From positions 1 to 59,925 of IMG/VR virus record IMGVR_UViG_3300027983_000017: a DNA stretch of 59,925 nt; one strand, written 5' to 3'. Shown here piece by piece: positions 1 through 8,860 of this stretch. This stretch comes from a virus. Taxonomy: Duplodnaviria > Caudoviricetes. The notes below the pieces were generated by a model that was not told the DNA's origin, ran no database searches, and saw only the letters and a list, made by a program, of their open reading frames with translations. Made by a program: the position numbers and the translations under genes. Numbering within the stretch: position 1 is the stretch's first letter; each line of letters opens with the position of its first letter.

Positions 1-54
1 CTATAAATACAGAAGATTAACCAATCAAGTAGAAAACCCTAAAACCAAGAAATC

Positions 55-798
55 ATGACAATTGCAGAACAGTTAAATGTAACAGAATTTCCTTTTATCA
101 TACCCGATGCTAGGGGTAATATAATCTATCGGGAAGAATTAGATAAGTGTTGGCAGAAAAGCGAATTTGACTTAAAGAGCAATAATGAAACCTATTTTGA
201 AAATTCAAAGAAGTATTGGTGCAAAAGCAAATATGACTTAAATAATAATGTAACCTCTTTTGAAAATTCAGATAAGTATTGGAGAAAAAGCGAATTTGAC
301 TTAAAGAGCAATATTGAAATCTATTACGAAAATTCAATGGGAGTGATTAGAGACAATCGTCCTAAGTCAATACCTGAATACACAATGAAAAATTTACTTT
401 GGTTAGATGATATTAGAAACCCTTATATAAACGAAGAAGGCAAAGTGCCAACACGTAAAAACGGCAAACACTACAACATAGATTGGGTTTTAAACTACGA
501 ACAGTTTGTTAAATGGATAGAACTTTTTGGACTACCTGATGCTATTTCTTTTGACCACGATTTAGCGGATGAAGATTATACACCAAAAGAATATTGGTAT
601 GATTACCAAGTTAGTAAAGACTACCAAGACGCTCAAATTTATCAAGAGAAAACAGGTATGGACTGTGCTAAATGGTTAGTAGATTATTGTATTGATAATA
701 AAAATAAATTGCCTGAAATATTTGTACATTCTGCAAACCCTGTTGGTGCCGATAATATAAAAGGGTTGTTAGATAACTACCTCAAGCATTGTAGTTAA
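55..798 (+). CDS. Fusion of a YxENS-W-K-E-D repeat region with a cyclic-phosphate-processing receiver-like domain
   Basis: The N-half has three to four YxENS..W.K.E.D repeats. The C-half (in-frame ATG at 385) has LWLDDIRNP, ISFDHDL, TGMDCAKWLV and VHSANPVG motifs. Confidence 0.7.
   Translation: MTIAEQLNVTEFPFIIPDARGNIIYREELDKCWQKSEFDLKSNNETYFENSKKYWCKSKYDLNNNVTSFENSDKYWRKSEFDLKSNIEIYYENSMGVIRDNRPKSIPEYTMKNLLWLDDIRNPYINEEGKVPTRKNGKHYNIDWVLNYEQFVKWIELFGLPDAISFDHDLADEDYTPKEYWYDYQVSKDYQDAQIYQEKTGMDCAKWLVDYCIDNKNKLPEIFVHSANPVGADNIKGLLDNYLKHCS
157..313 (+). repeat. 28-bp exact direct repeat (157-184 and 286-313) within the repeat-protein coding region
   Basis: aaaagcgaatttgacttaaagagcaata occurs twice. 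Confidence 0.9.
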
Positions 799-903
799 CG
801 CCTCTATATGCGCAGCTTGAGCGTCCCAAAGGAAGATTGGGTGGCTACCCAATAAATGCCATTGACTTAATAAAATTTTCACAATAAATAACAACATATT
901 AGT

Positions 904-1080
904 ATGGAACATAAAGAAATTAAAGATTTAACAGTTGAAGAAGCGACAAAAATGCTATCATTACAACATATGGATGTTGTAGATGAAAATTATATTCCTA
1001 CAGAGGAAGAAAGGCCTAGGATAAAATCCGAAAAAATAGGCCTTAGTATAAAACTAATAAATAGTTCTATATTAAAATAA
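904..1080 (+). CDS. Small hypothetical protein (58 aa, MEHKEIKDLTVEEA...)
   Basis: ATG 904 to TAA 1080 after an A-rich leader; below the ORF-track cutoff. Confidence 0.45.
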   Translation: MEHKEIKDLTVEEATKMLSLQHMDVVDENYIPTEEERPRIKSEKIGLSIKLINSSILK

Positions 1081-1082
1081 TT

Positions 1083-1202
1083 ATTATGTGGCTGTTGACT
1101 ATAAAGGTCTGAAAGTTAATTTATATTATACGACCCAAACGAGGGCGTTATTGGGTAACCAATACTTCAGTACACAACGGAACACCTTTTGGGCCACATA
1201 AT
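1083..1202 (+). ncRNA. Candidate structured intergenic RNA with a possible pseudoknot
   Basis: 10-bp closing stem attatgtggc/gccacataat plus several internal complementary pairs (see findings). The strand is assumed from neighbouring genes. Confidence 0.4.
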
Positions 1203-1260
1203 TTTTTACCTAAAATGTTAGGTAAATAATTACAAATAACCAATTAATAATACATTTACA

Positions 1261-1485
1261 ATGATACAAATATTTAAATTTCTTGTATTTACCATAGGAT
1301 ACATATTTTGTGGTATAATAACAATAATACTAGGCTTATTAGCTCTGTTGTTATGGGATAATAGCTTTGTTGTAATAAGTGATGGTGTATTTACTGCTAT
1401 GCATAAATACCGAAAAAAGTTTATAATAATAAAAACAGCGGATCAAGTATGGTCAGATTTCCAAAAGGAGAGAAGAGTAGAATAA
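1261..1485 (+). CDS. Small membrane protein
   Basis: 74 aa with a long hydrophobic N-terminal segment. Confidence 0.55.
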   Translation: MIQIFKFLVFTIGYIFCGIITIILGLLALLLWDNSFVVISDGVFTAMHKYRKKFIIIKTADQVWSDFQKERRVE

Positions 1486-1618
1486 TGAAAAAGACAACAA
1501 ACTCAGTCTTCATGATGGCAGCCATATGTGATGCCTCAATCGTACTGCAAGCTCAGGAAGATGAGCAATACCACATAGATTGTACTATGTAACAGTTTAA
1601 CCAATAAACCTAAAAGAC

Positions 1619-1903
1619 ATGACACAAAAACTAGAAGAGGTAATAAAGATATTTAACAAGGAGAAGTCACACGCTGATTGCCTTTTTCATGTATATCTTA
1701 AAGTAAATAGGAATCTAAGTGTTCGTTTGTATTCTTTAAACCACCCGAGTTCAGAGCGCTCTGCATTGCTGGTCAAGAACTCCCAAACTGCTGAGAGTGA
1801 AGCCAACTCATGGGAGGTCTTAAGTTGGATCAATTGGCCAACCGACGGTCCTATGGTTACGGACACATTAAAGGTGAAGTTAGTACTCTACTCTCAGAAT
1901 TAA
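1619..1903 (+). CDS. Hypothetical protein
   Basis: 94-aa ORF on the coding strand with an A-rich leader. Confidence 0.5.
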   Translation: MTQKLEEVIKIFNKEKSHADCLFHVYLKVNRNLSVRLYSLNHPSSERSALLVKNSQTAESEANSWEVLSWINWPTDGPMVTDTLKVKLVLYSQN

Positions 1904-1919
1904 ACTAAAATTTAAAATT

Positions 1920-2219
1920 ATGTTATATTTTCACTCAGAATGTAAAGGGGATAACAAAAACCCCAGGATTACAATAGCAGGTCAAGTATCTAAAGATAAA
2001 GAATTTTTAGAGGTTTCATTTGCCAGATCAAGTAGTAGGGATCAATTCTCTAAAGAAAAAGGAAGGTCTATATCTAAAGATAGATTAGATGCAGGACAAA
2101 CGATAGCAAGTTTTAAGCTATGTCCTAAAAGCACTACTGGAAAACAGTTTGTAGTATTCGCAAAAAAATTATGTGAAATATATATAAACTGTCCGTATTC
2201 CTTCAAGACAGCAAAATAA
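1920..2219 (+). CDS. Conserved phage hypothetical protein (D.FSK..GR.I...R motif)
   Basis: ARSSSRDQFSKEKGRSISKDRL resembles a small protein family common in Bacteroidota phages (recalled, not searched). Confidence 0.6.
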   Translation: MLYFHSECKGDNKNPRITIAGQVSKDKEFLEVSFARSSSRDQFSKEKGRSISKDRLDAGQTIASFKLCPKSTTGKQFVVFAKKLCEIYINCPYSFKTAK

Positions 2220-2224
2220 AATAT

Positions 2225-2312
2225 ACGGTGGCGGTAGGTAGTTCTAGTCTACTTTGATACAGACTTGGAAAAGTTAGGTCTTCTGCGGGTTCAAATCCCG
2301 TCCACCGTACTA
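2225..2312 (+). tRNA. tRNA-like RNA with canonical acceptor stem and T-arm but non-canonical D and anticodon arms; isotype not assignable
   Basis: Acceptor acggtgg (2225-2231)/ccaccgt (2302-2308); T-arm gcggg-TTCAAAT-cccgt; discriminator A2309 followed by CTA. Confidence 0.6.
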
Positions 2313-2330
2313 TTGGTTGATGTGGTTAAT

Positions 2331-2361
2331 TAGTGGGGGGGTAAAACTCCCCACTATTTTT
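2331..2361 (+). terminator. Intrinsic terminator after the tRNA-like RNA
   Basis: tagtgggggg...ctccccacta hairpin followed by a T-tract. Confidence 0.75.
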
Positions 2362-2689
2362 AATTAATAATAAACTAAAAAAAACAATAACAAAATAGTC
2401 TTTAAGAAATCCCAACTACTATGAAAGTTGAGGATAACAGTACTGAAAACTGTCGTGACGAGCTACGATTTAATAAAGTAATAGTATTATTCTAAGGGGT
2501 AATTTCTTACAAGCCAATATTTAAATACTACAATTGTGTTTCGACCAATCTTGTTTTTACTAAATATCGACTTGATTTTTGTGACTGAATACACAAAAAT
2601 AAGATAAACTTTGAATGTGGAAGTTCAAATTGAATGGGTCAAGTGTTCACACTTATTTCCTTTTTAATCGTTTATAAGCATTTATTAAT

Positions 2690-3024
2690 GGGGGCGCTAT
2701 GGAATTGATTTTCAAAAGAGTAACATAATACATCAACAGAGGTGAGATCCTGCTTTAAAAACTAGGTGAATATAATAAACGGAAACGTAAATATACACAA
2801 CAAAAAAGAAAAAGGTGCTAAAGTTTTTAACTTGGCGCGTACAATTGCTCGTCCCTCTTACGTAAGAGTGGCAGCATAGTTTTTCTACAGCTGTTCTTAT
2901 TTTCAGTAAAAAATAAATAAGTGGTGGAGTGCTGGCTCAGCTGAGTTGGCCCTATATTAAGTTGTATAAATGTATAATGAGAAAACGTGGAAAGACAGGG
3001 GTTCGACTCCCCTCGCCTCCACAA
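2690..3024 (+). ncRNA. ssrA: tmRNA
   Basis: 5' GGGGGCG pairs with 3' CGCCTCC, giving the G3-U70 Ala identity pair. T-arm agggg-TTCGACT-cccct, no D stem. Internal tag frame 2781-2879 follows ataaac and ends ...VAA-stop. Confidence 0.92.
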
Positions 3025-3042
3025 GCATGTAATTAGTAAAGT

Positions 3043-3279
3043 ATGAATAAAATCAATTGGTTATTTTTAATATTATTTATTGGGGGTATTTTATTTTACT
3101 CTTATAGTTTAAAACAAGAAGAAATGAGAAGAAAAAGAAAAAACAAAACCAAACTGCTTGATTTAAATAAGCCTAATAGGAGAAAAAGAAAAGACGGGGC
3201 TAGAAAAAACACAGTTAAAAAAGAATTGTTTAAAAGTGAAGAGGGTGAGTGTGAAGAAGATTCAAAAAACAATTTATAA
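3043..3279 (+). CDS. Small membrane-anchored basic protein
   Basis: N-terminal transmembrane segment and a Lys/Arg-rich tail. Confidence 0.55.
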   Translation: MNKINWLFLILFIGGILFYSYSLKQEEMRRKRKNKTKLLDLNKPNRRKRKDGARKNTVKKELFKSEEGECEEDSKNNL

Positions 3280-3281
3280 TT

Positions 3282-3620
3282 ATGAGCCACACTGATCTAA
3301 TAAAAGCAAAAAGGTTTAACAAGAATAAGTTAAATTGGTCATTGACCTCAATGGTAGCACTAGAGCCTATGATTAAAGTACTTATGTTTGGTGCTACTAA
3401 ATACTCTCCCAACAATTGGAAAAAAGGGATGAATTATACTACTATCTATGATAGTATGCAAAGACATCTTAATAGTTTTATGTCGGGAGAAGACATCGAC
3501 CCAGAAAGTAAACTACATCATATAGGACATATACTTTGTAATTCAATGTTTTTATCTTGGATGATAGTATTTAAGCCGGAGTTAGACGATAGGAATAAAG
3601 ACCCTAAAAACTTATTATAG
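3282..3620 (+). CDS. dATP/dGTP diphosphohydrolase-domain protein (DUF5664-like)
   Basis: VLMFGATKYSPNNWKKG, RHL, GEDIDPESKLHHIGH and CN.MFL motifs. Confidence 0.85.
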   Translation: MSHTDLIKAKRFNKNKLNWSLTSMVALEPMIKVLMFGATKYSPNNWKKGMNYTTIYDSMQRHLNSFMSGEDIDPESKLHHIGHILCNSMFLSWMIVFKPELDDRNKDPKNLL

Positions 3621-3633
3621 TAAATTTTTTAAA

Positions 3634-5475
3634 ATGAACTATACTATAGTTGACATAGAGGGCGATAGTCTCAACCCTACCAAAATCCACTGTTTAAGTT
3701 GGTTTAATGGTAGTACTATTCAATCTACTACAGATTACGACAGGATGAGACAAGTGTTGTTGGAAAGTGTTTATATTATAGGCCATAATATTATTTTATG
3801 GGATATACCAAATATAGAAAGGTTACTAGAAATTAAAATAAGTGCAAAACTTATAGATTCCTTAGCCCTCTCTTGGTATTTATACCCCAATAGAGTAAAA
3901 CATGGTTTAGAGTCTTGGGGCTTTACCCTAGGATTTAAAAAACCAGAAATAATAGATTGGGAAAACCAATCTATAGAAGACTATATATTTAGATGTGAGT
4001 GTGATGTGGAAATAAACAAAAGATTGTGGGAAGATAGAATACTTCCATACTTAAATCAATTGTACTCCACACAGGAGGAGATGTTAAAACTTATAGAATA
4101 CCTTAGTTTTAAACTTACCTGTGTAGCTCTCCAAGAGAAATTTAAATGGAAACTAGATGTAAAAAACTGCGAAAAGCATTTTAAAGAGTTAAGTCTTAAA
4201 AAAGAACCTCTAGTAACGGGCTTGTCCGAAGTATTACACCCTGTGGTTGTAGAAGCTACTATAAAAAAGCCTAAGAAACCATTTAAAGCTAATGGAGAAA
4301 AGAGTGTAAGAACCCTTCAATGGGAGCAAATAGAGTCTACAGCAGAAATAATAAATTACTCAGAAGATACTATCACATATATCAAGGGTTATAAACCTCC
4401 AAACCCTAATTCTTCCATTCAAGTAAAAGATTGGTTGTTTTCTTTAGGTTGGAAACCTATTACATTTGACTATAAAGTCAATAAAGAGACAAAGAAAAAA
4501 AAAGAAGTACCTCAAATTAAAGTAGATGGTGAATTGTGTGAGAGTGTTATAGTACTAATAAAAAATCATCCTGAAGTAGCTTTATTAGAAGAGCTTACAT
4601 TATTATCCCATAGAATAAATATCTTAAAAGGATTTTTAAGGGATGAAAAACAGGGTTATCTAAAAGCAAGTATAGCAGGCTTTACTAATACATTAAGATT
4701 TAGACATAAAGAACTTGTTAATCTACCAGGAGTTAGAAAACCATATGGGGATTATATAAGAGGAGTTCTTATTGCAGAAAAAAATCATGAGTTATGCGGC
4801 TCTGATATGGCTTCTCTTGAAGATAGAACCAAGCAGCATTACATGTGGGAGTATGACCCCACATATGTAAAAGAAATGCAAGTTGAGGGGTTCGACCCCC
4901 ACTTAGCTTTAGCAGAATTTGCAGGAGCGCTTACACCCGAACAAGTTCAAGCTCACAAAGATAAGAGAGAAGATCATGAGGTAGTACGATACCTTTATAA
5001 AAGAGGTAACTATGCGTGTATATACGGAGTAGGTTCGTTTAAACTGTCTAAAACCTTAAATATAACTAAAGAGGAAGCAGAGTTTATAATAGAAGCTTAT
5101 TGGAGAAGGAATTGGTCTGTTAAGAAAGTAGCTGAAGCCCAAAGGGTTAAAACTATTAACAATCAAATGTGGTTATTAAACCCAGTAAGTAAGTTGTGGT
5201 ACTCACTAAGATACGAAAAAGATATTTTTAGTACATTAAATCAAGGTACAGGAACCTATGCATTTGATATGTGGGTAAAATATATCATAGAAGAAAGACC
5301 ACAACTTACAGGACAGTTTCATGATGAGGTGATAATACATTTAAAAAAAGGTAACAGAGATAGGTGTAGGGATCTTTTAAATAGGTCTATAAAAAAAACC
5401 AATGAAAAATTAAAACTCAATAGGAATTTAGATATAGACATACAATTTGGAGATAGTTATGCTAAAATACATTAA
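3634..5475 (+). CDS. polA: Family A DNA polymerase with 3'-5' exonuclease (T7-like)
   Basis: Exonuclease motifs DIE, GHN...D and C..DV; motif A DMASLEDR; motif B KRGNYACIYG; motif C QFHDE. Confidence 0.93.
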   Translation: MNYTIVDIEGDSLNPTKIHCLSWFNGSTIQSTTDYDRMRQVLLESVYIIGHNIILWDIPNIERLLEIKISAKLIDSLALSWYLYPNRVKHGLESWGFTLGFKKPEIIDWENQSIEDYIFRCECDVEINKRLWEDRILPYLNQLYSTQEEMLKLIEYLSFKLTCVALQEKFKWKLDVKNCEKHFKELSLKKEPLVTGLSEVLHPVVVEATIKKPKKPFKANGEKSVRTLQWEQIESTAEIINYSEDTITYIKGYKPPNPNSSIQVKDWLFSLGWKPITFDYKVNKETKKKKEVPQIKVDGELCESVIVLIKNHPEVALLEELTLLSHRINILKGFLRDEKQGYLKASIAGFTNTLRFRHKELVNLPGVRKPYGDYIRGVLIAEKNHELCGSDMASLEDRTKQHYMWEYDPTYVKEMQVEGFDPHLALAEFAGALTPEQVQAHKDKREDHEVVRYLYKRGNYACIYGVGSFKLSKTLNITKEEAEFIIEAYWRRNWSVKKVAEAQRVKTINNQMWLLNPVSKLWYSLRYEKDIFSTLNQGTGTYAFDMWVKYIIEERPQLTGQFHDEVIIHLKKGNRDRCRDLLNRSIKKTNEKLKLNRNLDIDIQFGDSYAKIH

Positions 5476-5492
5476 AATAATACAAAAATAAT

Positions 5493-5654
5493 ATGGGATA
5501 TTTTATAGGAACGTTATTAGTTTTTATTTTTTTATTTGTGGGGGTATTTATCTATAAGATAGTAAATGATGACAATTGGTGTCAGCAGCTATTAAGCGGC
5601 AACCTTAAAGATGAAGATCTATTTACAAAGATTATTAAATGGTTAATGTATTGA
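5493..5654 (+). CDS. Small membrane protein (53 aa)
   Basis: ATG 5493 to TGA 5654; hydrophobic N-terminus MGYFIGTLLVFIFLFVGVFIY. Confidence 0.45.
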   Translation: MGYFIGTLLVFIFLFVGVFIYKIVNDDNWCQQLLSGNLKDEDLFTKIIKWLMY

Positions 5655-5675
5655 TTTAGCCTAAATATAAAAACT

Positions 5676-5942
5676 ATGGTAACAAAAGATGGCCAACTAA
5701 AAGAGGGAAAGAAAAAACTACTTAAACAATGGTTTATTAAAGTATGTTTTAGTTACAAATACTGGCTAAAGGTTAGAGAACAATCTAAAGATGAGTGGGG
5801 TGAAAAATTATGCTATTGTGGGCACACCTGTAAGTGTAGTTGTGGTAACCCAGATAAACAAACATTTAAAGACTCTGTTGAACGTAAAACCGTAATTTTG
5901 TTTGATAAAAATAATGGTTGGGAGATAAAAAAAGACAAATGA
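5676..5942 (+). CDS. Hypothetical Cys-rich protein (CYCGHT..CSC)
   Basis: 88-aa ORF with a possible Zn-binding motif; ATGA overlap with thyA. Confidence 0.6.
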   Translation: MVTKDGQLKEGKKKLLKQWFIKVCFSYKYWLKVREQSKDEWGEKLCYCGHTCKCSCGNPDKQTFKDSVERKTVILFDKNNGWEIKKDK

Positions 5943-6910
5943 CATTTACAGAATATTATCACAAACTTATAAACTCTATACTAGATACGGGAGTTTGGAG
6001 AGATGATCCTAATAGAAAAGGTCATAAAAGAAAACAAATACCATTTACTGAGATAACCCACAATTTAAAAAATGGGTTTCCTGCTATTACAACTAAACCA
6101 TTGTATTGGAAAGGTGTAGTAGTTGAGTTACTATGGTTCTTAAAGGGTGATACTAATATTAAGTACCTCTTGGATAATAATGTACATATTTGGAGTAAAG
6201 ACGCTCAAAATTATTGTAAAAAACAAATAGGAAAGAAGTTTCCAGAATTCGGTGATTTAGGAAAAGTTTATGGTGCTCAGTGGAGGGGTTTTTCTAAAGA
6301 AAAAAAAACTAAAGGGGTGGATCAAATAACTAACCTTATTCACACTTTGAGAACTAATCCGCTATCTTCTAGCATGATAGTTAATAGTTGGAATCCTGCT
6401 GAGTTAAATCAAATGGCACTACCACCTTGTCACTACAGTTTTCAAGTTAGTTGTGAACCCTTCAACCCTATTGAGTATGACAGTGTTGGATTTGTCGATA
6501 AAGGGACGGTTAAGTATTATCTTGACCTACAATTCAATATGAGGAGTAGTGACGTTATGTTGGGTTTACCTTTTAATATGGCATCATATGCCCTATTAGC
6601 TGAAATATTGGCTAAGATGTGTAATATGGTCCCTAGGTATGTAAAGTACAATGGACAAAACATCCATTTGTATGATAACCAAATTAAGTCTGCTAAAGAA
6701 CAATTAAAAAGAAATAATTGTTCAGATATACCACAGAGATTTTACTCAGAACCTGTTTTAAAGCTCCCTGAGCTACCAAACATCGTTTGGAGTACTGGAA
6801 GTATAGATGATTTATTAAAAGCTGTTACACCAGCTAATTTTAAACTTGTGGGGTACAGGCATCATCCTACTCTTAATAATAAACTAGAGATGCTAAGCTA
6901 TAACAAATAA
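5939..6910 (+). CDS. thyA: Thymidylate synthase
   Basis: ELLWFLKGDTN, LGKVYGAQWR, MALPPCH, RSSDVMLGLPFN and HLYDNQ motifs. Start taken at ATG 5939. Confidence 0.96.
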   Translation: MTFTEYYHKLINSILDTGVWRDDPNRKGHKRKQIPFTEITHNLKNGFPAITTKPLYWKGVVVELLWFLKGDTNIKYLLDNNVHIWSKDAQNYCKKQIGKKFPEFGDLGKVYGAQWRGFSKEKKTKGVDQITNLIHTLRTNPLSSSMIVNSWNPAELNQMALPPCHYSFQVSCEPFNPIEYDSVGFVDKGTVKYYLDLQFNMRSSDVMLGLPFNMASYALLAEILAKMCNMVPRYVKYNGQNIHLYDNQIKSAKEQLKRNNCSDIPQRFYSEPVLKLPELPNIVWSTGSIDDLLKAVTPANFKLVGYRHHPTLNNKLEMLSYNK

Positions 6911-6921
6911 AATAAAAATCA

Positions 6922-7344
6922 ATGAAAAGTATAATTATGTTATTCATAGCCATGTTGCTATGTTTTACTCAACAAGTTGACGCACAGAATATGTGGAAAG
7001 GAGAAATAGATCATGTTTCTCAGCAATACTCAGAACAAAGTGAAGTTTGTAAATCTGAATATGAAACCCCAGCAGTTGGGAGCTTTCTTATAGATGAAGC
7101 AAACGGAGTTTTTTATCTCACTCTACAAAACAAGCAAAATGAACAGAGTGTATATCAATCAAATATAACATCTATAGGAATACCAGCTAAAAATTGTTTA
7201 GCATCCTTAGAGTGTTTTGATATAGATAAAAATCCCACTCAAGTTTTTCTTTTTAATAATAGTCTAAATATATATAGTAAAGACGATAAAATCAAAAAGA
7301 AAGTTACTTACGGAATAAGTAATTTGTCAGTACTTACAGAATAA
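6922..7344 (+). CDS. Secreted or periplasmic hypothetical protein
   Basis: Sec-type signal peptide MKSIIMLFIAMLLCFTQQVDA-Q, with the +1 Gln typical of Bacteroidota. Confidence 0.65.
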   Translation: MKSIIMLFIAMLLCFTQQVDAQNMWKGEIDHVSQQYSEQSEVCKSEYETPAVGSFLIDEANGVFYLTLQNKQNEQSVYQSNITSIGIPAKNCLASLECFDIDKNPTQVFLFNNSLNIYSKDDKIKKKVTYGISNLSVLTE

Positions 7345-7356
7345 ACAAACCACATC

Positions 7357-7638
7357 ATGAGAACAATATTAAACGCGGTTGCTACAGGCAGCCCATTCAT
7401 CACTGAAGAGATGAATAAAGATCTTTTAGATAGTAAGATATCAATTCAAAAAAAAAGGGCCCTACTGCAAGATGCAGTAAATGTCAAGTCCTCAAAAATC
7501 TTCCCATTATGTAAAATGGGTAAGGTTTTCAGGAAAAGAGATATAAACAACCCTCATTTTAAGAATAAAATCTTACAGTCTGACAGGAACTTTCAAAATA
7601 AAAAGGTAGCCTCATTTCAATGCTTGGCAGGAATCTAA
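7357..7638 (+). CDS. Hypothetical protein
   Basis: 93-aa ORF in an operon-like arrangement. Confidence 0.55.
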   Translation: MRTILNAVATGSPFITEEMNKDLLDSKISIQKKRALLQDAVNVKSSKIFPLCKMGKVFRKRDINNPHFKNKILQSDRNFQNKKVASFQCLAGI

Positions 7639-7880
7639 GTTTCAATGTAGAGTACTTAAGTGACTCTACAGGGAATCCTGTAAATCAAGGAGATTTCCAA
7701 TATTTGGAAACATTGAATAGGAGGGATAAAGAGACAGAGAATCAGTTTGAGTGCAGAGTAATCGACTTTGTTAACTCATGTTCTGATCCTCTTACTAAGA
7801 TAGAGGATCTTTTTGAAATAGAAGATTTAAATCTACCAATACTTTTGGAAGTATTATCTACTATAGCAGAAACAGACTAG
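7620..7880 (+). CDS. Hypothetical acidic protein
   Basis: 86-aa ORF overlapping the previous stop. Confidence 0.55.
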   Translation: MLGRNLSFNVEYLSDSTGNPVNQGDFQYLETLNRRDKETENQFECRVIDFVNSCSDPLTKIEDLFEIEDLNLPILLEVLSTIAETD

Positions 7881-8130
7881 AACAAATCTGTTATAGGAGT
7901 ATCAACTTTTCGTTATGATTTTTATATTTAAAATATCAAGCTTGTAGATAGTGACATCGTTGCAACTATAATTAATTAGATGTGTGCTACATGAAGTATA
8001 ATAATATATAAGGAAAATGTTAAAGTCGTTTTTAGGAATTTGCCTAAAAGTGGTTACAAGTAAGAAGAGCCTAATACATTTATTTTTGATCCTCCTACAG
8101 GAGTTTTTGATAATATTATGTGTAATTAAT

Positions 8131-8238
8131 GTAACTAAGTAAGGTTACTCGGGCAAAAAGGCTGTAGAATCCTACCGAGTTCTACTTAGTGCTTAAGCAT
8201 TTCTACACTATGTAGAAGGCTTTTCTTTCTTGTTTTTT
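8131..8238 (+). promoter_or_regulatory. Candidate cis-regulatory RNA in the nrdJ leader
   Basis: Stems actaagta/tacttagt and actcgg/ccgagt, then a ttctaca-cta-tgtagaa hairpin with a U-rich tail; a competing tgtagaa lies at 8163-8169. Confidence 0.35.
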
Positions 8239-8267
8239 ATTGAGTATTAATTTTAAAATTTTAAATA

Positions 8268-8729
8268 TTGGATTTAGTAAAATCTGTTTTTGAAGGAAAG
8301 TACCAGAGTAACGGAGAATCTGTATCTGGAATGTGGAGTAGGATGGCTAAACAATTTGCTAGAATAAGATACAAAAAAGATGATTCTAAATCATCTGAAG
8401 ATTGGGAGAGTTATTTTTATAATTATTTTAAAGATTTCAAATACATAATACCCCAGGGTAGTGTAATGAGTTCTTTGGGTACAGATACTATAGCATCTCT
8501 TTCTAATTGTTTTGTCATAGGACAGCCAATAGATTCTTATGGAGGAATACTCCAAAAGGACCAAGAGTTGGTACAATTGATGAAAAGACGTGGTGGAGTA
8601 GGCTTAGATATAAGTACATTAAGACCAAGAGGTACTGATGTGACTAATTCAGCTAAAACATCTACAGGAGCAGCCTCTTTTATGGAGAGGTTCTCAAATT
8701 CGACTCGTGAAGTCGCACAAGAAGGGCGT
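8268..8729 (+). CDS. nrdJ: Class II (adenosylcobalamin-dependent) ribonucleotide reductase, exon 1
   Basis: SLSNCFV, KRRGGVGLDIS.LRP and STREVAQEGR motifs. Similarity ends at CGT 8727-8729, a U-terminated exon. TTG start. Confidence 0.92.
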
Positions 8730-8860
8730 AAACAAATCTGCGCCAATGTATAGTAATATACATTGAAAATTCCGAATCTTGAGAAAAACAACTCAAGGGT
8801 TAAATGAAAATTTTATTAGTAAAAACATTTAGCTAACGGGGAAACTCTTTTAATAAAAAA

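Noticed and set aside
140-340. CRISPR-like or DGR-like repeats
   Set aside because: Only two exact copies exist and they are in-frame protein repeats. There is no spacer array, cas gene or reverse transcriptase in the window.
800-870. GC-richer intergenic hairpins (attgggt-ggct-acccaat)
   Set aside because: A single short hairpin with no T-tract and no recognisable motif; too little evidence to call.
2827-3024. Minus-strand ORF MWRRGESNPC...
   Set aside because: It is the typical antisense shadow of the tmRNA 3' end.
3282-3620. Z-base (2-aminoadenine) or other modified-base genome pathway
   Set aside because: DUF5664-like and MazG-like genes occur widely, and no PurZ or other base-modification enzyme is visible in this window.
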